Source: Raillietiella orientalis
Taxonomy: Eukaryota
NCBI GenBank assembly: GCA_036172245.1
Contig: JAYWIR010000014.1
Span: 248,001-312,000 of the forward strand
Direction: 5' to 3'
DNA: 64,000 nucleotides
A model generated the notes under the pieces. That model was given only the letters and a program-made list of their open reading frames with translations. It did not search any database and was not told the origin of the DNA. Positions 52,701-64,000 of this stretch are shown here, piece after piece; positions within the stretch are counted from its first letter, which is position 1, and every line of letters begins with the position of its first letter. The position numbers and the translations under genes were made by a program.

Positions 52701-55009
52701 CCCAATTAAGCAGATCTCTTGTGAGGGCACGATTTATTCCTCTTCGTGTGGTGCACCTGATTTTTCGCAGCAGTGTAAATTTTGAAATGTTCGGGAACGT
52801 CAAACCGCTCCCCAGGTGACCAAACCGTGCGTTGCGTACTGTTGCCGCGTAATGGAATTTTCTGGGTGTTCTCTGGACCACATGAACGGGAGCGCGCGCG
52901 CGGTGCCGTGTCGCGAATCCTTCTGTCGCGTTCGGACGGGTGACCCTCGTCGAGGAAGGTCGATCCGAAAGCGAAACGTCTTGGAACCGCGCAAAAAAAA
53001 CCACCTCCCCCCTCCCCTCCTTCTTCATGGAACCGCGCAATGGGATGGTGTGGTGCTGGGCGCGTCCCAGAGCTGCAGCCGACGATTCCTCCGAGACACA
53101 TTGCTCCCTCTCTCGGTGATCAGCTAGAGTCGAAGCGTTCGTTTCCGAAGCGCCCCTCCGTCTCCAGATCCTTAAAAAGGGAACGGAGTTTAGAGGATCA
53201 TTTCGCATCGTGAGTTCTAAATGGGAGCGACTTCGAGAGACGGGCCGGCCGTCAGGACAGCCCGGAAGAGCGCGCTGAAAGTACGGACGACGGACGCGTT
53301 TCCGTCGGTGGAGCCCAAGCCCTCGTGATGCGTGGAAGCCAAATAAAGGGGGGAAGATGGCAGTCGAGCGTTTTCCAAAAAAAGGGGGGCGGAAGAATTA
53401 TTTTGGTCACATCATCTTGTGTGAAGTAAAAGTTTATCTGTCGGCCCCTGACAACTGTAGATAGGCAATTAGGGAAGACGTTGGGCTGATCAACAGGAAA
53501 AAAAAAAAAAACGGGGAAAGTTACGCTCGCTTCCCTGATTGCTCTGGGATTTGCCCGTTTCCAGCAACACGAAACAGATGCGGGAACATGGAAGATGTCT
53601 TGTTTGGAGTAATGAGCCTTCGCTGATGGTCAATCATCCCATCGACGGATTGCGTGCCATCGCCTTTTCCAAAAAGGAACGTCGCTGTCTGTGTTCCTTG
53701 CAAGTTTCTACTGAGGGCGCACGCGCTACCTCCCTCCTTCCGGGAAGGAGCAGCCGCGGATGGCTGAATCTCTTCTCTTCATAAATTTGAGCGTGTTGCG
53801 ATGCAAGCTCACCAGCAGCTGCAGAATGGGCTTTCCTGCAGCCCGAAGCTGCAAGGCTCATCATTTAGAAGATATGTAAACCAGCAGACAAATAACTTTG
53901 TCGCAAATCAAAGGCGCCTATCGCGCGAAAATTGCCGCTTCCAAAATAGAATACCTCCAGGAGGAGGAGGAGGCTCACGGCTTTTGTGCGCAGTGGTTAG
54001 AAAGATGAGCTCAAGGGAAGAGGACGCGACACGAAAATTCCGTTTCATCATCCCCGCTGCATTTCTCATGCCTATTCCTCCTCGCACCATATCTAGATGT
54101 CGCTTCCTTTCTGCTTGCTTTGCTGCGGGAACGACGTGCCAGAATTCTTCGGAGGCACACGAGCGCAGGCACGCTTTTTTACCTTCGTCAAATGAAACGA
54201 CCAGTGATTTATAGGGAACTCAACGGATGCTTAGCATAAAAGGAGTGCACTGTAGGCAACAAAACTCATCATAGTTAAGGATGATGCATCTGCTCTTTGC
54301 TGGATGGAAAAGAAAAATGCTCATGATCTCAGTGAGGAAGGCGATGATTAACAAATCATGAAAGATGCGTCCGCTTAGAAGCTTTCCGATTTCTCTGCTG
54401 TTGGAATAAATCCAATGGTCACAGAATGAGCAAGAGAAAGTCCTATAAACAACCACACTGAAAACAAGATGAGAACCTGGGGATGGGAGGAAAAACCTGC
54501 CGAATCAACCTTCTTTGATACTTGAGGAAGCAGTGAAACAGATACCACAAAGGGAACCCAAGAATGTCTGAATGCCTGAACTTCATAAACGCAGTCATCA
54601 AGGCATATTTACAAGTTCTCGAAGAGATCTTTCCACGCAAACTTAAAATAAAAGGCAATAAAAGGGATTGCTCAATGCGAATCATTACAGAAATCATTCT
54701 GAAATGTGATGTGCTCAGGATCGATTTTTAACGATGCTCATTTTCGTAATTTTTCTATTGTAGAGTGTAATCAGAGTGTAGAGAACAATGAAATGCAAGA
54801 CGCTTTACAGTCTGCGTAAAAACGGATACTTGCTAGACCCTCCACTTTACTTTATTTGCTTAGAGAATGCTTGCAGAAGGCGCAAGGAGGTTGAGCATGG
54901 ATCATGCTACCAATTCATCCTACTCATCCGCAGCTGAAGAGCATCACTATTGGTTCGGTGCCCATCCACTGGAACAGTATTTGCTTCTCATACTCCCTTC
55001 CTCATTTGC

Positions 55010-55012
<3 letters not shown>

Positions 55013-55047
<35 letters not shown>
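55013..55047. repeat. (TG)n microsatellite, ~17 units
   Basis: Uninterrupted TG run read directly. Confidence 0.98.
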
Positions 55048-55049
<2 letters not shown>

Positions 55050-55289
55050 CCAATACGTAGGAGGGGTAAGATTTGAATTCTGTAACTATTATTTTTCACA
55101 TTCCGGGTGCAGAGGAATAGGCGCGGAAAATTTAAACAGAATCAGAAATCGAAAAACGAATTTCTTAAAGAAGGGTGGTGGAGAACCTATTCAGTGAAAA
55201 TTTCTAACACTAAGTACCTACTCGAGAAAATTCTCGATGCCTTTATGAAGGAGAGATGAAATCAAAATGAAATCGCACTTGAATCCTCG

Positions 55290-55450
55290 CAACTGCAGAC
55301 GAAAATATGGATACCACGACCCCCATGGTCAGAATGATACTGGAAAGACAACAGCACAAAAACTCGACAGTTTCGAAATCTCGAGACATTTTGGAAGCAA
55401 CTTTTTCAACAGTGCCTCCTTTTGGACTGATGGAATATTTGATTTCTGTC
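55290..55450 (+). mobile_element. Possible decayed non-LTR RT fragment, subdomains 2-3
   Basis: DTTTPMVRM...RDILEATFSTVPPFGLMEYL (cf. STTDAL....LDISKAFDTVPHEGLL.KL). Confidence 0.35.
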
Positions 55451-57819
55451 CAAATGAAGGATGCCCAAGAAGCAGATACCACTCCAGTGACTGCGAGCAC
55501 AAGTCTTTACGAATGTGAGAAAGACAGAGGAAATGAAGGCGCATGGATTCTTAAAGAGATGTTTCTTAAAATCACCTTTAATTTCAATGCTGGTTAATGT
55601 CAGCTTCAACGTTTTATTAAGCGGCCGGTCATGGTTACTTAGCTTCATGGATAATATAAGACGTGAGCAGTAGAAAGCAATGAGATAAATTCATTTTTGT
55701 AGTCCACATCAATGAAATGGTACTGGCGGTTCAGATCCTACTTTGAAGAATATGAACAAGAAAAAAATGATGAGAAGAGAGCTTGAGACAGATTGCTTTC
55801 CTAAGAACGTATGGCACCCTCTGCAAGAGTATCCTAAGCAGCACACCCTGAAAGAATTCAATCCATCTGCATTTGTATTCAATTTGAGTTGCATGTCGTG
55901 GATTTACTGGATGCGTCAATGTGTCATTAGAGATAAAATACGAGTTATTTTTTTGCCATTCGTGTTCCAGAACTCCGAAACTCTGATTTTGAAAGGCCAC
56001 ACCTACGTCGCGGCCATCGAGAATGTACTCAGATCTTGATAGACCTAAGCAAGACCGTCATCATCTGAATCAGAGTGGGAGTTTTTGGTGATACTTGTTC
56101 CGAATTTGCGAAGAGAGAGTACATTCTCCGAAAGTTTCGATCGTCAAAGGTTGCAGATGAAGGTAAATGAAATTTTTGCCACTGCATCTGCCTGTACAGG
56201 ATGAATTACCTTTTCCAATGAAAATTTCTTGTTTGCATATTATGAAATTTCCGCCTGAAACAAATTTCTCAGATGCCTCGACGGAAAATGTTTTCCATGC
56301 TTGTTAGAAGCTGCTTTCTGGAAACCTGGTCTTTTCTCATCTATAATCGGAATTTTTGCATGGAATCATCAAGTAAAGCAATCCTTGACAAGTGAAATTG
56401 GAAGTTTTTAGGAATTCAATTTTCACCATCCACGAGTGGGTCATATCCATTCAGGCATCACTGTTTAGGAGATATTTTTAACGAGTTCCAGCACATTCTC
56501 TTCCCAGAAACAACGCAAATGGAATTCCGACAGACTTGCAACTCAGTTTTGAAAGAAAGTTTCATGACGAGGCATTTCATGACGAGTAACCTCTTGCATC
56601 CTGAAAAAAAACAAGAGCCTATGATTTCTTTCAATGGGTTCTCTTTAGACGATCGTCTAAGTAAGGATGGATTTTCAATGCTCACGCGTGTAAGTCTTCC
56701 AGTATCACGCTTTCAAATGTATCCTACCTGCAGGCGCTTGTCATCCATGAAATAGGAATAAAAAAGTCACTATAGAGGAACAGACAGTCTGCGAGACGTT
56801 AAACTACTGTCAAGAGAGGGCAGAGACAAAATCGAAACCCTGCTGGTGTGAGAATCTAATAATTCTAATCGAATCATTCAGAACAAATAAAAAGAAAAAG
56901 GAGAGAAAATCTAAAGGATAGTGACAGGGAAGTCTCAGAGAGTCATAGACGAAATTAAAAAAGAAGCAAGCTGCTCTCCAGATGATTTAGTAGCACTCTA
57001 TGCAAAATACCAGAAGCTGCTGCAATCTGCTAAAAAAATTCCAGATTTGCCAGCAGTTATTAGCATAAACACCAGTCCAGCATCAGCTTAAAAGTACCTT
57101 AATTTCTTTCCAGCGAGAGCGCAACTTCGTTAATGCCATACTGGAACTTTGGGGGATGCGAAGAGTAGATGATCGGGAATTTCTTCTGAAGAACTGGGTC
57201 TTCCTGTTCGCGCCTTATGTTTAGGCCATATTTCCAGATTTTTTTTCAATGGAGAATAAAAATGCTTTGTACATCTGCAAGCAGTTTCAGGAACTCGTCC
57301 TTACAGTCATCAAGACTTCCCTATAAGATGGTAACTTGACAACAAAACTTAGCATTTATTCCTGTTTTAATGCCTTTAGGAACCCGTGGAATCTTTTGAG
57401 GTCTCACTGGAAATTGCATTCAAATGAGCATACTGTACACTCTAAAAGATTTTTGTTCGGAGCTTCCACACGGCTTTCATCCAAGAAACATCAGGTTTTG
57501 GGAAGAGATTGGTGTGCAAAAGTATAAAAGCATATCTGTATGCGTACAATACATCCACATGAGCATATAAGATTCTCGTGTCCAAGTTTGCGTAGAGCAG
57601 TCAAATCTCGCTGGGTATGCAATATGAATTTATGTGCATACATATAAACAATATAAATTAAACAATATAAACAATATGAATTGCATCTACACGTAAGTAT
57701 GAATCATATATGTACATGGAATACGTGACAGAATCGCAACAGGAACATACACTAGAATTGCAACCGCTAAATGCCTATTTATAGATTTGCAGATGCATTT
57801 CGGCATACACATGCGCATG

Positions 57820-58010
57820 CACATAACACGTCTGTATACAGCATTTGTCAACATGGTAGGTCTGTTAAAAAATCACGCCCTTCCGTACTACAACTGGCAC
57901 ACTAAGAGCAAATTTATCTTACAAAGGATAAGAAAATCTACTGCTCGGCTGGTGGCCCAAGCAATAAATTGCACGATATCAAGCCAGTTCCTTGAGGTCA
58001 GCAATGATTT
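57820..58010 (+). mobile_element. Decayed L2-like LINE ORF2 C-terminal fragment
   Basis: RLYTAFV...LQRIRKSTARLV then, frameshifted, HDIKPV (cf. LVHAFV..LQRVQNAAARLV..DHITPVL). Confidence 0.5.
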
Positions 58011-59344
58011 AAAGATCCTCAAAGTATTTGGGAAAATAAGGAGACTACAAGCACATGCTCTTCGTTTATCCTATACCAATCAGCAGGGCCTAGCAACCGT
58101 TTACCGAAATCAGCAATCTTCATGTTGAGCTTTGAAAAGGATTTCACGAGAACTGCGACCTATCCCAAAGCATTCGATCGGTTTGTTATGCTAATTGCGA
58201 TGCTGATCACTTGATGTGCAGTTTCATAGGATGCCCCTTAAAAGCCACGACAGTTTCGAATTAGTTTGTAGAAAGAAGGAGAAAAAGGGGAGCTTTCACC
58301 CCAGATGCCGTTCCAAAGTTGCATTTGGCTTGCCTTTTATCAGATATACAACGCGAAAACAGAATTTCACATGGACAACGTATTTTAGCAACTAGAGCGC
58401 AGTCCCTTGAGGAATTCCCGAGCCATAGCATTTCCGGTTTATTTCCTTGTGAAGAGCCAGAGTCAAACAGAAAGCATCTGCTTAAGGAAAAGCGGGACAC
58501 TGTAATTGGACGCTGTTCTGAAACACTGGAGTCTGTGACCGGAGGTGAAATCCAAGAATGCGTCGCCTGGGAAAGGAATTGCTTTGTCCATGGTGAACGA
58601 AGTCTTCAAAAGCCAGACAGAGCAAAGATGAAGAGGGATATTCCAGAGTTCATGGGTGGCTTCGTACACGACTTAACAAGATTTATGGAATCTAATTGAA
58701 GACGCAGAGAAATCGAAGGAACGCTTAGGTGCTTGAAAGTTCTCCGGAGGATCCGAATTTCTCTCCTATCTATGTATTGCAAGTAGGTTGTTTTTATTTA
58801 AACTCAGGAACGCGATTAGGAAAGAAGGGAACTTTTCTGTATCAAACTATGTAACTTGATCTCCCTTAGTATCGGATTTTTTTTCCAACAATTTGGAAAG
58901 TTCTTACTTTTTCCTAATGATTTTTTGGCATGGATCCAGGCCGTCTTATTAATAAGTCCACCGTCTGGGTGTGTTCATCAAAACAAATCTCTACTGATTT
59001 GAGCGGATGAGAATTTGAAAAAGTGATAATTTGATAAAGTGATAACTTCTGCAATCGCATTACATTACATTACATGCAACAACTCCACGTAGGCGCTTGT
59101 GTTCGTTGTGGTACAGCATTGCCCAGCAGGCAGTTTGGATTTAATGAAACCGCTGGAGAAACGAATGAGGAGTTTGAAAAGAAAAAATGGCAGCTTCAGG
59201 ACTCCTAGAGATTAGTGTAGCCATAAGCAACAATGCTTAGATACTGTGTGGATGGCTGTAGAAGGATAAGAAAAGAGAAGAGAACGCTATTTTGAAACTT
59301 TCGCTGACGCATTGCAACAGCACTACGGCACCAATAAGGTATTC

Positions 59345-59383
59345 TTGCAGTCAAGCACTTCTAATAGAAGTGCTTGACTGCAA
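59345..59383. repeat. Perfect palindrome, 19-bp arms with 1-nt spacer
   Basis: TTGCAGTCAAGCACTTCTA-A-TAGAAGTGCTTGACTGCAA. Confidence 0.95.
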
Positions 59384-61599
59384 AGTTTTCATCCACCATT
59401 TGAACCTTAACAAGAACATCTGAGGATGTTTTCAAAATTCCAGGCCAGTGTTCGCAAACTGGGCGTTCCACTGCCCTTTTCAAGGCAGGAAGTATCTTGA
59501 AACTGCTTCCTATTTCGAAAAGTTACGCGAATGGCACCCTGGGCGTACAACAGAGAAAACAATGGTAAATGTAACATTTAAGGTGGAAGAAGTTTCTCTC
59601 TCAACATCTGTATTGGGAACGGCGTGAGGATTCGAGCTCGAATTTCTCACGAAGTCATGCCCGAGATGTTTTCTGATGAGTGCAAATTCCTGGCTGATTG
59701 CGAAAGCAGCGTTTGTAGAGCGAAGCGACAGAAGTTACCGCTCATGTGAGCCAACCTGGAAACAAGACGCTCGACAGAGAGTGCAGCTCCACGCTGTAGA
59801 AGTCCTCCAGGATACTCCGACGCAAATTTTCTTACACTCTCTAAGGTACCTGCTCGTTCCCAGGATCATCACCGGGCCAGTTAAATGACGAGAAAATCTT
59901 TTCCTCCTTGATAAAACGCACGCCGAACCAAGCCGAATCCAGGTTTACTGCCGGATGACCCTTCCTGCCGGGAGCCAACACTTTATGCCATTGTCCATCC
60001 CGAAGGCTGTAAAGAAGAATGGAGTGGAGTGGCTCTCCTCCGCAATTCTGCTCATGTAATAGCCGCGATTATCGCGTAGGTGGTTTGGTTTCGTTCCATC
60101 CATCACAGCGCTGGGGATCCCACCCCCTTCGTCTCTTGTTTTTCCTTTGTCCAGGAACTCTGTTCCCGGATAGTTTTTTAATAAACGCCCCGGTGCACCC
60201 GGGTGATAAACAGCGCTGGGGACTCAGCACTGCCAAACCATCATTTCGCAGGATTCGTAAAGGATAGTCTCAGAGGGGATACTTTGACAAAGGCCGCTCT
60301 CTACCTGGACAGGGATTCCTTCATGGGGCAGGAGCTTCCACGTGGGGATGGTGTTCGAATCCTTGTCAAATGGCAGGGAAACATTTAATCATTCGTGACC
60401 TCACAAGAGCTGCTTGCAATGATGGCTGCTTGAAAGAGATTCTCTCGGAGGTGCGTCTTGCAGCAAATTTCTTGTACTCATCCCAGCTAGAGAGTGAGCA
60501 TCGCTTTTCCAAGAGAATCCAAGTCATGGCTTCAAGATGATCGGCTTGTGACAAGTGCCGAAATATTCGGATATTCGAGATTCCTCCTGGAAACATGTGT
60601 GAGGATTCTTTAAGCTAAAATTAAGGAATGGGTGAAGATTAGGACGAAGGCGTTAGGAGCCCCGAAATTCCATTTCGTGTTGCTGTGGTTACGGAATGTA
60701 AACACAGAGTACTAAGCTCTTTCCAGCTTCGTAGCTTGTTTCGTTTCTTCTGCTGTCAGCTGGGTCTGCGTCGCCTGACGCTGCTGGAAAGCTGCCTGCT
60801 TACCTGAGCCCTGATCCATGATCATGTCACAAGGGAGGAAGGAGCACAATCCACACATTTCGATTGACGGGGTGATTTTGTGAATTCTCAATGCTTCGTG
60901 CATTCCGTGATGCAAAAGGCCTTTGCAGATCTGCATTGCTCGGTTAGGAGAAAAAACCTCCGTGCTTTCCAGCTCTGCGTCAGCAATTCGCGCTTTCAAG
61001 AAAGCGAAGAGAAAAATCCATCGTTTTTGGTCTTTATAGCACCTCATTTTCCGGTAATTTGAAAGCGCGCAATCGCTATGAATACTTGTACGCCAGAATG
61101 AACGCCGAGTTAGAAGGTCTTTGAGCCAAACCATCTATCTCTGTAAGGCAGCAATGCGAGCTTTCCGGTCCCAGAACGGGTGTTTCCTTTTGCTCGCCCA
61201 ACTCCTGCTCCGATAACAGATTTCCACTAGGTCAGGCAGGGTGGTTTTTCAGTATAATAAATAAACAAACAACTTGGGAAGGAACACAGCTCCTGAAACG
61301 AAAACAAAGAAAACAGAAAGTTCAAGGGAAGAGAGAGTTCGCCGACACGTAGGTAGGTAGAGCACTAATGCCCAGTAACCGACCAGGAGGACAGGGAACA
61401 ATAAATGAATAAATAAAGCGGTGGCAAGGACAGGAGTCCTTGGTATGAGACAGGATGCCGGAGATATCCAACTTGCAAACTTGCTTTCTTCCAAGTGAGG
61501 CCTCCGTCCTCATGTAGACGGTTGCCATGATGACCTCTCTTCGCTGCGTCCGAGACTCCAACTCAAGACAGGCTGTGACGATGGCGCGGATGCAATACA

Positions 61600-61735
61600 T
61601 CGCCGCCATTGTTGTTCCTGCCGGAACTCCGATTCGCGCGAAGAATCGCCACAGCAAGTCCTTGGCAGTGTCCTCAGGGTGCAGGAGCGCTGACGTCATC
61701 CTCCGCCAAACTTCCTGGAGGAAATCGTAGTCCAA
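61600..61735 (-). mobile_element. Possible decayed RTE-like RT fragment
   Basis: DTAKDLLWRFFARIGVP (cf. DSVNRELLWKILR.YGVP). Confidence 0.3.
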
Positions 61736-63418
61736 TAATAGGTGAGAAAACGATTGAATCGCCTAATAATTTAAGCAGCTTGGGAACGTAACTCCGCCGG
61801 AAATCAGGTTTCGACTCTGGGTCACACTGGCGGTTCCAGCGCAGCCATCACTGTTTTCACCTTGAAGGGAGCACTGAAATGTTCATGTGCAAAGGAGGGA
61901 CCACGATTGTGTCGGGGAAGTGGGGGTGGGTGGGCGCTCAACAGCTCTCTTCACCAGAGCTACCTCTTCGGCAGAAAACACGGAGTAACAGTGCCCAACA
62001 GCTCACTCGCCTCCAGCCTTCCAGAGGTTTGGTCACTCCGGCAATAGTAGAAAGAAATTCATGCATCACGATGAACTAAATGCACCGATCCAGACGTGTA
62101 GATAATTCCGGATGCGGTTCGTCTTTTTACCCAGATCCATTTTATGATCTATACGTTCTATCGTCTTCAGGAATATAATTTCATAGACAGGAAGTGGATT
62201 ACAGAGATGATTGTCACAATCTCTCAATTCAGTAACGAATCCACGTTAAAGGATCGCACAGAAAAATTATAAAGTGCTTACGAAGGAAGCCACGTGGCTG
62301 TGAGGGTTCACTTTCAATAATCCGTTCCTTGCTGCTTCCAGGAGTAGAAAGTTGTTGCTCATTTGTAGCCAGTGATGGATTCAGTAGGTGACGACGAAAT
62401 GGGCTTGCATCTTGGAAGTCCAAGGTGCTGTGGATTCCGAACAAAGTGAAGGTCTACACGTCTACGTGCGACGATCATCACCAGGCAGCAGGTTGAGCGC
62501 GCTTCCTCATTGCAGCGTAGGACCTCGGGGCTTGATTTCCATACACTCGTGGCATCCTTCCGGACTGAGCGAGCGCATGCGAAGAGAAGTCCGAAAATAG
62601 ACGAAAATTTTGCCTGCAGATTGCTTGCTGTTGGAATCTCACAGAATTAGTTTGACAGTTATTAAATCTCGAATGAACGCTCGTAGCTGAAGATAGCGAA
62701 ATTGCAATGAGTGAGTGTCAGGAAAACCCTTCCGCTTTTTTTTTTTTTTTGTCAGTTTGCGTTTCCTTAGCTCCCTTCTTTTGGTGCATCTTGGTTTGTA
62801 AAAACGGGCTAGTTTACTTCCCGGCGCAGCAGATGCAACCCGCTTATTTTCCCGGTAGTTTGCACTCATCAGGACGGCGGGATGTCTTCAACGAATCGTC
62901 ACAATTCCTCATCTCGGTTAAACTCTTTGACTTCTTTTTAATAGTACAGATAGGATGCTTGGCAGCAGCAATGTCATGCTTCTCTTAAAGACATGTATCT
63001 ATCATTTGTAGGTCAGAAGATTAGATTACTTTTTTTTTTTTAAAGGCTAGTAGCAACATCACGGAGAGATCGTTATTATTGGCTTAGGATGACGAAAATC
63101 ATCTTGAGTTCTTTTGTTTTCGCTGTTTTCCTTCCAGATTTTTTTTTGCTTTTTTTGCTTTGCAAAAAGTACAAAAGAACCGTTCGCCTTCTTGGGGTTC
63201 GCCTTTCATGAAGATCTTTAATGCTGTCCACGCCACACGATGGTGCGTGTAGTAACCCTTCAGGTTAGGAGGTAAACCCTCCGGAGGAAGGAGTCCGTCT
63301 CTCATGCGCTTGGGAGGGAACTACAGAGGGAACCCTCGGCGTGGTTGTCTCCGAAGATAACACCGAAGGAATCCTCTTATTCCTTGTTCTCTCCGGAAAA
63401 ACCCTTGGAAGGGGAAGC

Positions 63419-63842
63419 ACTCATTTCTTCGTCGAAGGAAACCGCTCTTTGGTACTCTCCTGAGGAGAACCCTGAAGGGACGCTCCCAGATTTCTCCGAA
63501 GAAAGCAGCGCGCTTCTGACACTCTGGACGGGCAACCAGCTCCATGGTACGCAATGAAGGGTTCCTCCGAAGGGGGAAATGGCTCCATTTCACACTAGGA
63601 AGGGAACGGCTTTTTGATTCCTGGAAGGACCCCGGAGGGTCGACTTCCAGTTTCGGCCAGTCAGCGGGGACATCCGATTTCCAACAGTGCCACATCCGAA
63701 GTCTCCGAGCCAACCGACGTCAGCTAGCAGGAAGGACTCAAAATCCACGATGTGCCCATTTTTCAGAGTTGGTCCTCTACGTGAGGATTCGAACCCAGAA
63801 CTCTTTGTGCCACGCGCAAAGACCGTAGACACACGCCCGCGT
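63419..63842 (-). mobile_element. tRNA-derived SINE-like repeat, copy B
   Basis: B box on the minus strand (GGATTCGAACC on + at 63785-63795) and the shared 22-mer at 63615-63636. Shared blocks GTGG.TTTTGAGTCCT, GACTGGCCG, AAATGGA, GCTGCTTTCTTC and CCCTTCAG occur in the same order as in copy A. Confidence 0.7.
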
Positions 63843-64000
63843 TGAAGGCTGTATAACTACGGTTTGGATTGATTCATGAAGATTCTTGTGGTCAAGCTTA
63901 TTTCTGATTTCTCAGGCATGAATTTATGGTTTTATTCTCTTCCTGGTTATTCGTTCTTTTTGTTCCACGGAGGATTGTTTTGATGTGGGTGGACTTGAGT

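Noticed and set aside
1..64000. CRISPR array, rRNA, telomeric array or prokaryotic/viral gene cluster
   Set aside because: No regularly spaced repeats, no rRNA-like sequence, no dense co-oriented ORFs; microsatellites, splice signals and the LRR gene indicate animal nuclear DNA.

Overview
Eukaryotic genomic DNA, very likely arthropod, and almost entirely non-coding. The only well-supported gene is an intact single-coding-exon Tartan/Capricious-family LRR transmembrane receptor on the + strand. Its probable CDS is 21223-22719 (498 aa), preceded by a strong splice acceptor and followed by AATAAA. The rest behaves like a gene desert. It holds two diverged copies (opposite strands, 40 kb apart) of a ~400-bp repeat with a tRNA-like Pol III head (SINE candidate) and a 362-bp TA-flanked pogo/Tigger-like MITE. 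It also holds many heavily decayed fragments resembling non-LTR retrotransposon reverse transcriptase, several hairpins/palindromes (one pre-miRNA sized), microsatellites, and a visible shift from GC-rich to AT-richer sequence near 32 kb. I found no CRISPR array, rRNA, intact tRNA, intact transposase or prokaryote-type operon, and I cannot support a novel multi-gene system here. All family assignments are by-eye motif recognition, not database searches.
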